64,000 nt of DNA from Patescibacteria group bacterium (GTDB lineage Bacteria; Patescibacteriota; Microgenomatia; UBA1400; MFAQ01), in the NCBI GenBank assembly GCA_943355005.1, contig CALRDV010000005.1, forward strand, positions 4,999 to 68,998, in the 5' to 3' direction. The notes beneath the pieces are model-generated. The model saw nothing but the letters and a program-made list of their open reading frames with translations, did no database searches and was not told the origin of the DNA. Each line of letters opens with the position of its first letter. Within the stretch, counting starts at the first letter, position 1. Of the stretch, positions 27,465-37,382 are shown in pieces. The translations under genes were made by a program, and so were the position numbers.

Positions 27465-27995
27465 ATGTTTAAAAAATTCCTCTCTGCTCTATTTTTTATC
27501 TCCGGGATATTCTTGATCTCTCTCGGTTTTGTGGATTTGGCCAAAAGACAAGGAATCATTACCCCGGAGGAAGTCATACCATCACCTTCGTTGGCTACCG
27601 AAGAGCCTCTCTTGATTTTTCTTCCCAAAGTCGGCATCAAACTCCCAATCTATCCGACGGAAATAAAAGACCGGAAATGGCCAACCACCGAAAGCGGTGT
27701 GTCATATATCAAAGATTCAGGTAGGCTCGGTGTTTCAGGTAATCTAGTGATGTACGGCCACAACTGGAAAAACCTTCTAGGCAGTCTCAAGAATTCCAAA
27801 GTTGGCGATACTCTGGACATTTTCTCCAATCAAAACAAAAATCATTCGTACGTCATCAAGTACGTCGCCACAGTAGACGCCAAAGACGTCAGTATTCTCG
27901 CCGATACCTCATCTGAAAGAATCACTCTCTACACCTGTACCGGGCTCCTAGACTCACAGCGCTTCGTCGTCGTCGCCGAAAGAATCAAAAGCTAA
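27465..27995 (+). CDS. Sortase with intact catalytic triad
   Basis: N-terminal TM; YGHN (His), TLYTC (Cys), QRFVV (Arg). Confidence 0.9.
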   Translation: MFKKFLSALFFISGIFLISLGFVDLAKRQGIITPEEVIPSPSLATEEPLLIFLPKVGIKLPIYPTEIKDRKWPTTESGVSYIKDSGRLGVSGNLVMYGHNWKNLLGSLKNSKVGDTLDIFSNQNKNHSYVIKYVATVDAKDVSILADTSSERITLYTCTGLLDSQRFVVVAERIKS

Positions 27996-28023
27996 ACGTT
28001 TTTCCCCGCGCTATACTTATCTC

Positions 28024-28608
28024 ATGAACAAACTTTTAGGTCTAAGTCTGCTCGTCATTCTCATTGTTACTTTAGCAAAGCAATTCACTCCAGCTTTTCA
28101 GCAGGAAGTGGGTTACAAGATGAAGAAGGTTGAAACATTTTCAAAGACCGAGATTCGAGCCATTACCCCCGTAGATACCGATTTTGGAATTGTCATTCCC
28201 AAAATCGACGCCAACTCCGCGATCGTCAAAGATGTCGATCCTTACGATGAGCTTGCTTACACTCAAGCCTTTACTGCGGGTATCGCCCATGTCAAAGGCT
28301 CTGTGATGCCGGGCCAAAAGGGCAATATTTTTCTCTTCGCCCAGAACTCAGCCGATTCTTTTAAGTCTTCCAAATTTAATCAAACATTTTATCTCCTAAA
28401 CAAAATGGAAGCAGGGGATGAGATCTATCTATACTACGGCAGGAAAAAATATGTCTACATCGTGACGGACAAGAAAATTGTTGCCAGAAGCACCGTCGAG
28501 TATCTTTCGGATGATAAGTCGGCCGAAACCATTACCCTGATGACCACCTACCCGCCTGCCACTTCCCTGATGCGGGTCCTCGTCCACGCCACCCTTCAGA
28601 AGATTTAG
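28024..28608 (+). CDS. Sortase-fold protein lacking catalytic His and Cys
   Basis: IVIPKI, PGQKGNIFLFAQNS (H replaced by Q), GDEIYL, TITLMTTYPP (C replaced by T), MRVLV. Confidence 0.8.
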   Translation: MNKLLGLSLLVILIVTLAKQFTPAFQQEVGYKMKKVETFSKTEIRAITPVDTDFGIVIPKIDANSAIVKDVDPYDELAYTQAFTAGIAHVKGSVMPGQKGNIFLFAQNSADSFKSSKFNQTFYLLNKMEAGDEIYLYYGRKKYVYIVTDKKIVARSTVEYLSDDKSAETITLMTTYPPATSLMRVLVHATLQKI

Positions 28609-29165
28609 AATACCCCGGTAAACGCTTTCCAGTCGGTAATGATGGTCAATACTATGTACGCAATAACACCTGGAGTCACCACTAAGCTCTCAAACCACTC
28701 TCCTGTTTTGATTCTCCATGACTTTGTCGGTGGTAGTCCAAATTTATATTTCAGAGGATAGAGTAGGGGAAGACCCTCCTCCGTCACACCGTCGGCGCAA
28801 AGGTGAGAGATATACCCAATCATCAAGGATATCGACACAATCTGAAAATTAATAAATGTGCCATTGAAAATTATGGGTAGTAGCCAATAAACTATTTTGT
28901 CTACAAGAAAGATACCAAGTAATGAGTGAGTCAGCCCGCGGTGAGATAAAAAAAGTTCATTGAATATTTTTCCCACAGACCTACCAAATGGGAGCATGCC
29001 CCACAATCTATTCGTAGCCTGATCTAAGTCGGGCAGTAGCCCTCCCGCCGTATTGGCGACGAGCGCCGTCATAATTGTAGCCAGCCCCAGGTTTGTTTGA
29101 GGGTAATAAACATTCGCCGTCAGCAGCCCGGCAAAGGCTATCATGTTGTGAGTTCTTCCCAGCAT
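28605..29165 (-). CDS. YdjM-family membrane metal-dependent hydrolase
   Basis: GRTH, LLPDLD, HRGLTHS, SHLCADGVT. Confidence 0.88.
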   Translation of the reverse strand: MLGRTHNMIAFAGLLTANVYYPQTNLGLATIMTALVANTAGGLLPDLDQATNRLWGMLPFGRSVGKIFNELFLSHRGLTHSLLGIFLVDKIVYWLLPIIFNGTFINFQIVSISLMIGYISHLCADGVTEEGLPLLYPLKYKFGLPPTKSWRIKTGEWFESLVVTPGVIAYIVLTIITDWKAFTGVF

Positions 29166-29201
29166 TTATTCAGTATATCTAAAAATAGATATAATCGGAC
29201 T
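29166..29201. promoter_or_regulatory. Divergent leaderless-type -10 boxes
   Basis: TATACT on the - strand (29172-29177) is 6 nt from ATG 29165; TATAAT on the + strand (29190-29195) is 6 nt from ATG 29202. Confidence 0.65.
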
Positions 29202-29507
29202 ATGGTCAGTCTAAAAAAACTTCAAAAACAAATCTACGCAAACAAAATTGAGAAAGGTTTCAACACCACCGATATCTATAAAGAATTTTGTCTTATCCAC
29301 GAAGAAGTTTCTGAGGCTTGCCGGGCTCACTACAAAAAAGAATATACAGTCGGAGAAGAATTAGCAGATGTTGCCATCTATTTACTCGGTCTATCGGAAA
29401 TATTAAATATCAATCTCGAAAAAGAAATCCTCAGAAAGGTTGCTAAAAACAAAAAGCGCGAATACAAAAGAGTGAATGGAGTGATGCGAAGAATTAAGGA
29501 CGCTTAG
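29202..29507 (+). CDS. MazG-like NTP pyrophosphohydrolase
   Basis: Start placed at ATG 29202; EEVSEA...EELADV motif. Confidence 0.85.
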   Translation: MVSLKKLQKQIYANKIEKGFNTTDIYKEFCLIHEEVSEACRAHYKKEYTVGEELADVAIYLLGLSEILNINLEKEILRKVAKNKKREYKRVNGVMRRIKDA

Positions 29508-29547
29508 CCCTCAGAAGATATCCGTATGTGACATAATTAAAAGAGTT

Positions 29548-32223
29548 ATGCCCTCCGGCCAGAGATTTTCTCATCAAAAACTATTTTTAATTCGATTTCT
29601 TTTGATTGCTGGCTTTATTGGCAACGGTATCTATCTTTGGTGGCGGATGAATCCTTTATTTTGGAATAATTCTTTTCTTTCGATACTTCTTTTGGTTGCC
29701 GAATTGGTTTTTTTTGCAAACATGGTTATTCATCTTCCTGTGTTGTGGTTCCGGAAGCCCACACCTATTCCTTTAAGTCCGCCGGTAGGCCCGATAAAAA
29801 TTGCTTTAGTCATTCCTACCTACAATGAATCCATTAAGCTTCTATCCAATACTTTAAAGCACTGTCTAAATTTAGATATTCCTCCAAACATTAAACTTAA
29901 GGTTGTTGTCTTGGATGATGGACAGCGTCCGTGGCTGAAAGAATTTGTCTCCAAAGAAGGCCGTTCCGGCGGACGCACGAAGCTAGAATATGTCTCTCGC
30001 AGTATCAGGAATGGGTTTAAAGCAGGCAACATAAATCATTATTTGGAAGAATATTGCAAAGAGGATTGGCTCCTGGTTCTGGATGCAGACTTCGTTCCAA
30101 GACGTGACATTCTCTCCAAATTTTATCCTTATCTCGGGACAAGTAGTTTAGGCTTTGTCCAAGCCCCCCAAAGCTTTGACAATATCCCATTTACTGACCC
30201 CTTTGGCCAAGACCCCGACCTCTGGTTCTCGATATTGGAGGTAGGTAGAGAAGGTCAAGACTCTCTTATCTGCTGTGGCACTCCTACCATTTTTTCTGTC
30301 CCGGCTCTGCGCAAGATTCACGGCATGCAGTTAGGAGTGACGGAAGACTTCATTACGGGGGTTACTATGCAATCATACGGATATCGATCGGCATACATTC
30401 ACGAAACAATAGCTATTGGCAAATCAAGTACCGACATGGCAGATGTTACCAATAAAGCCGAAAGATACGCTTCCGGAGCATTTGAATTTGTTTTCGAGCG
30501 AAAAAAATGGCGTCTAGGACAAAAGCTAAGTTTTTGGCAAAAATTTATTCACTTTACCTACCCATTATCTTTTCTGGCCCCTCTTTTTACTCCAATTCTG
30601 ATTATGATGCCAATTATCTCTCTGATGACCGGAATAAGTCCTTTTGTCATCGATCAAAGCAGTAGACCTTATCTGGTAATTCAGCTACTTTCGCTTCTAA
30701 GTTTAGAGGTGATATTTTTCTCTTTGGTTGGCACCAAAGCCTGGCGTGCTTGGCAATTTTATTGGGGCATGTTTCCGGCTAGTTTTACCGCCGTTTTTAG
30801 GACATTATTTGGGCGGGCGATCTTTAAAGTCAGTGAAAAGGGAGATAGCAATCAGGTCTCCGGTCTGACTCAATTAAGATTTGTAATATGGCAATTGTTT
30901 TTCTTTCTGCTTGGGTTGGTCGCTCTGGCTCAATCCTTATTGTTGTTTGTAAGGGGAGAGTTAAATATTTCTCTTTATCCTGCAGTCGGATGGCTGATAC
31001 TAAACTCTGCACTTCTATCCGGTGTTATTAGTCCGCCGTTCCGCAAAATCGTTCTGGAATTTAAGTCCATCACGATAACCAAAAAAGTCTTAATTTTTGC
31101 ACCTCTATTGGCAACGTTTTTTATGATTGTATATCTTGGAAATGTCGTGAGAGATAAGTTCGTAACACCGAGCGACAGAATCCAAGATGAGGAAGTTGTC
31201 GGAAATGTTTCCAAAAATGCAGACCGGTTCGCTGTCTCACTTGATAGAGTAAATGCCAAGCTAAGCAAAACCGGAGAAAATAATTTTCAAAAATTATTAT
31301 TCTTTATTGGCTGGGACGAAAACACAGAGGAGTCAGGTATTGCACAGTTCAAAAGCGAAGTCGAACCGGTCCTAGATCTCGCATACAGTCGTCATATGAC
31401 TCCTATCATTACTTGGGAGCCAAAATTTACGGATTCAGCCAAAAGTCTTTCTTTGACGGATATTGTTTCCGGTGATAGTGATAGATATTTGAGGGGATGG
31501 AGAAGTGAATTGCAGAAATGGTTTGACACACATAAAGGATATGAAGTAAGGATTCGCTTTATGCATGAAATGAATGCGCCTATTGCAGAATATCCTTGGA
31601 GTCATTTAGCCCCTGCGGACTATAAAGCAATACATGAACATGTTTATTCCGAGATTGGTCAAGTCGAAGGTAATTTGAAGTGGATGTTAGTCTTCCAAAA
31701 TTTGACTTCGGATGCCAACTGGCAAAACAAGCGTGCCTCCGATTATGAAAAATACGTTCCAAATATTCCTTTTGAGTACATTGGAATAGATGGATACAGC
31801 CGTCCTTTTAAGAAAGGAATCGACGGCCCTCCCGGAGGTGAAGTCACTCCTCAACAAGTACTTCCCGAGGCATTTTTCCGGATCATGCACGAGAAGTTCC
31901 CGAAGGCTCAGCTGGTGATAAGTGAAACCTCTGTGCCGTATTTATCCAAGACCGACGAAGCTGTACCGTATCCGACAGGAAAGACATCTTTCAAGATGAC
32001 GGACACGGAAAGATCTGAATGGATTAAAGATTTGCAACAATACACCATTAAACTTGGGCAAAAATACGGACTATCGGAAGTTACTTGGTTTGATGGTAAT
32101 ACAGATTATCACTGGTCACTCATTGCTCCGGAAGATAAGCTAACTATCGCCTCATTTGGAAAAATGATTTCAGCATTACAGGCCAGTGGAATTGCTGTTG
32201 GGATTTATCCGGGGGGAAAATGA
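29548..32223 (+). CDS. BcsA-like GT2 polysaccharide synthase fused to a C-terminal GH26-like domain
   Basis: PTYNE, LDDG, KAGNIN, DADF, QAPQ, TED; TM block; then ITWEP, RFMHEMN, GIDGY, ISETS. Confidence 0.85.
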   Translation: MPSGQRFSHQKLFLIRFLLIAGFIGNGIYLWWRMNPLFWNNSFLSILLLVAELVFFANMVIHLPVLWFRKPTPIPLSPPVGPIKIALVIPTYNESIKLLSNTLKHCLNLDIPPNIKLKVVVLDDGQRPWLKEFVSKEGRSGGRTKLEYVSRSIRNGFKAGNINHYLEEYCKEDWLLVLDADFVPRRDILSKFYPYLGTSSLGFVQAPQSFDNIPFTDPFGQDPDLWFSILEVGREGQDSLICCGTPTIFSVPALRKIHGMQLGVTEDFITGVTMQSYGYRSAYIHETIAIGKSSTDMADVTNKAERYASGAFEFVFERKKWRLGQKLSFWQKFIHFTYPLSFLAPLFTPILIMMPIISLMTGISPFVIDQSSRPYLVIQLLSLLSLEVIFFSLVGTKAWRAWQFYWGMFPASFTAVFRTLFGRAIFKVSEKGDSNQVSGLTQLRFVIWQLFFFLLGLVALAQSLLLFVRGELNISLYPAVGWLILNSALLSGVISPPFRKIVLEFKSITITKKVLIFAPLLATFFMIVYLGNVVRDKFVTPSDRIQDEEVVGNVSKNADRFAVSLDRVNAKLSKTGENNFQKLLFFIGWDENTEESGIAQFKSEVEPVLDLAYSRHMTPIITWEPKFTDSAKSLSLTDIVSGDSDRYLRGWRSELQKWFDTHKGYEVRIRFMHEMNAPIAEYPWSHLAPADYKAIHEHVYSEIGQVEGNLKWMLVFQNLTSDANWQNKRASDYEKYVPNIPFEYIGIDGYSRPFKKGIDGPPGGEVTPQQVLPEAFFRIMHEKFPKAQLVISETSVPYLSKTDEAVPYPTGKTSFKMTDTERSEWIKDLQQYTIKLGQKYGLSEVTWFDGNTDYHWSLIAPEDKLTIASFGKMISALQASGIAVGIYPGGK

Positions 32224-32242
32224 TATACAATTTGCGCAGGAC

Positions 32243-33379
32243 ATGACAAACATAAATCAAAATATTCAAAAATTCATCCCGGTATTTTTGGTTGGGATTG
32301 GATTAATTTTGGTCTTTGCGGTTGCAATGTATTCTAGATATAACAATCAAGACCCAAGGTCTTTAGGATACAGTGGGAAACCTGTTCCGGTTGAGGTGTC
32401 ATTTCCGGATATTACCGAGAGTACGCCGTCTTCCACCCCTTCACCACAAATCACCAAGAAAATGCCGCTCTATTTGGGATTTTCTTTTGAGCCGTTTGAT
32501 GATCAGCACATTGCAGATATGTCAAAGATGGTTGGAGATAATCAAACCATAGCCAACACTTATTTACAGTGGGGGAATCCGGGCAATTCACGTTTTACTC
32601 CTGAGTTATTTCAAGTTTTTACACGGCGAAATATGACCCCTATGATTACCTGGGAACCTTGGGTACCGGGTGCCGGTGTCAATCAGTCTGAATATTCACT
32701 TGCTGTGATATCCGGAGGGAAATACGATGATTACATTCGTCAGTCTGCCAATGAAATAAAGAAGTATGGCCGACCCGTTTTTATCAGGTTCGCTCATGAG
32801 ATGAATGGTGATTGGTACCCTTGGTCCGGTACTGTAAACGGTAATACTCCTTCTCAGTATGTAGCTACTTGGAAACACGTCGTAGATATTTTCAAATCGG
32901 AAAATGTTAGCAATGTCACCTGGGTCTGGTGTCCCAATGCCGGTAGTTACCCTGCCGTTCCTGCAAACGATTTATCCAGATATTATCCCGGCGATGCGTA
33001 TACGGACTGGGTGGGTTTAGATGGTTACAACTGGGGAGAGTATCAGGGAAGTCAGGGATGGAATAGCTTCGACAAGATATTCGGCACTTCATTCACCAAA
33101 ATGTCCAAGATTACCTCTAAGTCGTTAATGATTGCTGAAGTTGGTTCAAATGAACTTGGTGGTAAGAAAAGCGACTGGATGAAGGAATTTTTATCTCCGA
33201 ACTTAACTCAAAAGTATCCCCAATTGGGCGCCATAATTTATTTCAATTTAAAGAAGGAAGTGGATTGGCGTATCCAATCGTCACCCGAATCGCTCAAAGC
33301 CTTTGTTGAGTCTCTTGGTCGACAAACCATTGCAAAACAAGTAAGTACCTCCAATCAAAAGATTATTCAGTCAAAGTAA
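32243..33379 (+). CDS. Membrane-anchored GH26 glycoside hydrolase
   Basis: Start placed at ATG 32243; ITWEPW, RFAHEMNGDWYPW, YYPGD..DWVGLDGYN, MIAEVG. Confidence 0.9.
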   Translation: MTNINQNIQKFIPVFLVGIGLILVFAVAMYSRYNNQDPRSLGYSGKPVPVEVSFPDITESTPSSTPSPQITKKMPLYLGFSFEPFDDQHIADMSKMVGDNQTIANTYLQWGNPGNSRFTPELFQVFTRRNMTPMITWEPWVPGAGVNQSEYSLAVISGGKYDDYIRQSANEIKKYGRPVFIRFAHEMNGDWYPWSGTVNGNTPSQYVATWKHVVDIFKSENVSNVTWVWCPNAGSYPAVPANDLSRYYPGDAYTDWVGLDGYNWGEYQGSQGWNSFDKIFGTSFTKMSKITSKSLMIAEVGSNELGGKKSDWMKEFLSPNLTQKYPQLGAIIYFNLKKEVDWRIQSSPESLKAFVESLGRQTIAKQVSTSNQKIIQSK

Positions 33380-33396
33380 TCAGGGTGGCAAGTAAA

Positions 33397-34428
33397 ATGA
33401 AAAAAAAGAAGGTTCAGGAAGTCAGCTACGTCAAATATTTATTTGGGTTTACCCTGGTCCTCTTTATATTTGTCGGTACATGGGTTTGGAAATTTTATCA
33501 AACCTCCGTATCAAGCCAATCCAATATATTACTGGTCAGTTCGCTCATCAATCCTCCGGACAAAATATTTTTCCAGGGAATTACAGGCACTCATAGTTTA
33601 AGAACTTTCCGGTCTTTGCATTTGGATGAGTTAAACTCGTCTGGGAATCAGATTCCTAGCTTCTTCTTAGGTCGGTATCAAAGTTGGTCGCAAGACGAGC
33701 TCGCCAAAGCAGATTTTGTATTCTTGGAGCAAGTTCACAAAGCCGGAGCCATACCTTACATCTCATGGGAGCCTTGGTCCGGGTCCCGTTTGGCTACACC
33801 AAGCTCTCAAATTGCTTATCGGCTTGCAAACATCGTTAGAGGCGATTTTGATAGCTATATCCACACATATGCGTCTGATTTAAAGAAGTTTGGCTATCCT
33901 GTTCTGTTGCGGTTCGCTCACGAGATGAATGGTGATTGGTATCCATGGGGGATAGATGTAAATTCAAATACCTCTAAAGATTTCGTTGACGCCTGGAGAC
34001 ACGTTCACGATATTTTTATTTCGGAAGGGGCTATAAATGTTTTGTGGCTTTGGGCACCGAACGAACCTTTTGGCGGTAAAAATGGGACTAACTCGGCAAA
34101 ATATTCTACATTTTATCCCGGGGACAGTTATGTAGATTGGGTCGGATTCTCTGCGTACAATTGGGGAGAAGCGAGAGAATTTAATGTCAACAGAAGTTTT
34201 TCAACCATGGTATCCAAAGCATATGATTTACTTGTCCCATTCAGGAAACCCATTATGCTGGCCGAATCAAACAGTTCTATTACCGGCGTAGACAAGGCAG
34301 ACTGGATCAAAAATATGAAAGCAGATCTAAAGAAATTTCCTTTAATTAGAGGTGCAATTTGGTATGAAAGCGACGACGGTTCATTTAGTATCGAAAAAGA
34401 ATTGTTTTTAGTGCCATTTGTGCCATAA
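33397..34428 (+). CDS. Membrane-anchored GH26 glycoside hydrolase
   Basis: Start at ATG 33397 (or GTG 33385); ISWEPW, RFAHEMNGDWYPW, FYPGD..DWVG, MLAES. Confidence 0.9.
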   Translation: MKKKKVQEVSYVKYLFGFTLVLFIFVGTWVWKFYQTSVSSQSNILLVSSLINPPDKIFFQGITGTHSLRTFRSLHLDELNSSGNQIPSFFLGRYQSWSQDELAKADFVFLEQVHKAGAIPYISWEPWSGSRLATPSSQIAYRLANIVRGDFDSYIHTYASDLKKFGYPVLLRFAHEMNGDWYPWGIDVNSNTSKDFVDAWRHVHDIFISEGAINVLWLWAPNEPFGGKNGTNSAKYSTFYPGDSYVDWVGFSAYNWGEAREFNVNRSFSTMVSKAYDLLVPFRKPIMLAESNSSITGVDKADWIKNMKADLKKFPLIRGAIWYESDDGSFSIEKELFLVPFVP

Positions 34429-34439
34429 TGATTTAAGCT

Positions 34440-35354
34440 ATGGCGCATCCTGCCCTCACTCTTTTTGCACCGCACCCACACAACAATCATAAAGCCAAAA
34501 TTCTTTGGCCTGGTTCTATCTTGGTTCTTATTGGCCTTTTCATCATGGGTCGTTCGATTATCGATATCACCATTGGTCTTCAGCCAGGTGTTCTTGGTTA
34601 CGCTTCTCAAATAGATCCCGCTAAAGTTATTGAGCTTACCAATAGTCAGCGCTTGAATTCGGGTCTTGGCATTGTTACTTTAAACTCCGACCTTTCTCAA
34701 GCCGCCGCTGCCAAAGCCGCAGATATGTTTGCTCACAATTATTGGGCACATATCTCACCTCAGGGTACAGAACCTTGGTACTTCGTCACCAATTCCGGCT
34801 ACAAATATCAGCACGCCGGCGAAAATCTGGCTCGAGATTTTAGTAATCCAGGGGACATAGTGAAGGCTTGGATGGCTTCACCTACTCACAAGCAAAATCT
34901 TTTGGATCCCCGATATAAAGATATTGGTGTTGCCGTCATGGATGGCTATATCAATGGTGTCGAGACGACAATCGTTGTTCAGATGTTCGGGACGCCACAA
35001 ACTTCCGTCGCTCAAATCGCCGCGAACAGAGTAGACGCCAAACCTGCTCTCGCTCAAGAGCCTGTTCCTGTACCTCCACAAACACCGGCTGTAAAAGTAC
35101 CGGTTAAGCCGTCTCCCCAGCCCACAGTTGTAGGTGAAAAATTAATTCCTTCATCAGGAATTTCACCTCTCGATCTTTCCCGAACCTGGTCTCTCGCTTT
35201 TGTCATTCTTGTTCTATTTGCTCTTAGTCTTGATTGGATATTTGTTCTTCGTTACAACATCATCCGCATCTCCGGAGATACGTGGGCTCACCTTACTTAT
35301 TTCATTGGCATGGCCGTCATTCTCATTATTATTCGTCAAGGAATCATTCTATGA
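34440..35354 (+). CDS. CAP/SCP-domain membrane protein
   Basis: LTNSQR, KAADM..YWAH, AGENLA, WMASPTH; Pro-rich linker and TM segments. Confidence 0.9.
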   Translation: MAHPALTLFAPHPHNNHKAKILWPGSILVLIGLFIMGRSIIDITIGLQPGVLGYASQIDPAKVIELTNSQRLNSGLGIVTLNSDLSQAAAAKAADMFAHNYWAHISPQGTEPWYFVTNSGYKYQHAGENLARDFSNPGDIVKAWMASPTHKQNLLDPRYKDIGVAVMDGYINGVETTIVVQMFGTPQTSVAQIAANRVDAKPALAQEPVPVPPQTPAVKVPVKPSPQPTVVGEKLIPSSGISPLDLSRTWSLAFVILVLFALSLDWIFVLRYNIIRISGDTWAHLTYFIGMAVILIIIRQGIIL

Positions 35355-35602
35355 GAAGACCTGTCAGCAAAGTCCTCGATTATTTATTCTTAAGTTTTAT
35401 CGTTTCTGCTGCAATTATAGGAGTTTTAATTTTTAATGGAAATAAAAATTATCAGATTATTACTGTCTTTACGTTATCCCTTTCATATGTCATATGGGGT
35501 CTACTACATCACCAAAAAGAGGGGACACTTCATCCAAAAATCATAGCTGAATATATCGCGTATGCAGTTCTTGGAACGATATTAGTTATAGGTTTATTTT
35601 AA
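35351..35602 (+). CDS. Small membrane protein with about three TM segments
   Basis: Start placed at ATG 35351, overlapping the upstream stop; YVIWGLLHH...EY motif. Confidence 0.7.
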   Translation: MRRPVSKVLDYLFLSFIVSAAIIGVLIFNGNKNYQIITVFTLSLSYVIWGLLHHQKEGTLHPKIIAEYIAYAVLGTILVIGLF

Positions 35603-35637
35603 TTTTCAAACTTGCGTCGTAACGTATAATAGAAGAA

Positions 35638-36381
35638 ATGAAAGGAATTATTTTAGCGGGTGGAAGAGCCACCAGACTCCGACCATTGACTTGGGTGATC
35701 AGTAAACAATTGTTACCGATCTACAACAAACCCATGATCTATTACCCTATCGAAACTCTTACCAGAGCCGGAATCAAAGATATCTTAATAATTCTTGCTC
35801 CGGAAAATGCCGGACTCTTTTTGAATCTTCTGGGGACCGGTGATCAGTTTGGAGTTCACTTCAGTTACGTCATTCAGAAGGAGCCGAAAGGTTTAGGTGA
35901 AGCCTTTATTCTTGGTGAAGATTTTTTGGACAACGACAACGTCACGATGGCTCTTGGGGACAATATATTTGACGAAGATTTTTCTAAACAAATTAATTCA
36001 TTCAAGTCAGGTGGACAAATCTATGTCAAGAAGTTAGACAGAATTGAGGAAGTCAGAAGACTTGGAGTAGTGGAGATAGATAAAAATAATAAGGTCCTAT
36101 CCATAGAAGAAAAGCCGGAGCACCCCAAATCTATGTATGTCTCTACCGGTCTTTATACCTACGATTCACGAGTAGTGGAAATCGCCAAGAATCTTAAACC
36201 TTCCGCTAGGGGAGAGCTAGAGATTAGTGGTAACCCCAGTATTAGTAATACATTTCTAGAGTCGGGAGAGCTTAAGGCTTGCGTCTTTGATAGTTACTGG
36301 CAGGATGCCGGCACCTTCGATAGTCTTTTGGAAGCCGGCAATCACATGGCCGAGAAAGAAAAATTAGCTAAAAAAATATGA
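35638..36381 (+). CDS. rmlA: Glucose-1-phosphate thymidylyltransferase, short form
   Basis: KGIILAGG.ATRLRPLT..SKQLLPIYNKPMI, EKP, RGELEI, WQDAGT. Confidence 0.92.
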   Translation: MKGIILAGGRATRLRPLTWVISKQLLPIYNKPMIYYPIETLTRAGIKDILIILAPENAGLFLNLLGTGDQFGVHFSYVIQKEPKGLGEAFILGEDFLDNDNVTMALGDNIFDEDFSKQINSFKSGGQIYVKKLDRIEEVRRLGVVEIDKNNKVLSIEEKPEHPKSMYVSTGLYTYDSRVVEIAKNLKPSARGELEISGNPSISNTFLESGELKACVFDSYWQDAGTFDSLLEAGNHMAEKEKLAKKI

Positions 36382-37376
36382 AACTCTTAGTCACAGGCGG
36401 CGCCGGTTTTATTGGTTCAAATTTTATCCGCTACTGGCTGGAAAAATATCCTTCGGACCAAATAATTACTTTAGATTCTCTTACATATGCCGGTCATTTG
36501 AGTTCTTTGTCGGATATAGAAAAAAATCCCAACTACGCTTTTGTCAAAGGAGATATTACGGATCCGGTAATTGTCGATGAGCTGGTTTCTCAGGTAGACA
36601 CTATTGTTCATTTTGCCGCCGAGTCCCACGTCGACAGGTCTGTTAAGGACCCCTTGGTTTTTGTCAAAACCAATATCATCGGAACTCAAACTTTATTGGA
36701 AGCCGCCAAAAAGCATGGTAATAAAAGATTCCATCACATTTCTACCGACGAAGTATTTGGTGCATTGACACTTGGTACAGACGCCAAGTTCGATGAAAAC
36801 ACACCCTACGACCCTAGAAGTCCTTACTCCGCTTCCAAAGCCGGCTCAGACCATCTTGTCCGGGCATATTTTCACACCTTTGGACTGCCCATTACGATTA
36901 CCAATTGTAGTAACAATTTCGGACCCTACCAAGATACGGAGAAATTTATTCCCAGGATGATTACCAATCTTCTGCAGGGAGAGAAAGTAAAAATTTATGG
37001 CGATGGACTCTATGTCCGTGATTGGCTCTACGTTCTAGATCACTGCTCTGCCATCGATGCTGTTCTTAAGAAAGGCAAAATAGGGGATACTTACACCGTA
37101 GGTGGGCTTACCAAGGATTACTCAAATCTAGATATCACCATGATGATTCTGAAGATGATGGGTAAGGACGAAAGTAGTATTGAATACGTTACTGATCGCC
37201 CTGGTCACGATCGCCGCTATGCCGTCAACTGGTCCAAAATAAATAAAGAGCTCGATTGGTCTCCGTCCGCCGATTTTGATTTCAGGTTACAGGAAACCAT
37301 TACCTGGTACAATTCGAACCAATCTTGGTGGAAAGATATGAAAATCACTTCAGAAAACTTTTATAAAAATAAATAA
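36378..37376 (+). CDS. rmlB: dTDP-glucose 4,6-dehydratase
   Basis: TGGAGFIG, AAESHVDRS, STDEV, YSASKA, DRPGHDRRYA. Confidence 0.96.
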   Translation: MKLLVTGGAGFIGSNFIRYWLEKYPSDQIITLDSLTYAGHLSSLSDIEKNPNYAFVKGDITDPVIVDELVSQVDTIVHFAAESHVDRSVKDPLVFVKTNIIGTQTLLEAAKKHGNKRFHHISTDEVFGALTLGTDAKFDENTPYDPRSPYSASKAGSDHLVRAYFHTFGLPITITNCSNNFGPYQDTEKFIPRMITNLLQGEKVKIYGDGLYVRDWLYVLDHCSAIDAVLKKGKIGDTYTVGGLTKDYSNLDITMMILKMMGKDESSIEYVTDRPGHDRRYAVNWSKINKELDWSPSADFDFRLQETITWYNSNQSWWKDMKITSENFYKNK

Positions 37377-37382
37377 ACCAAT

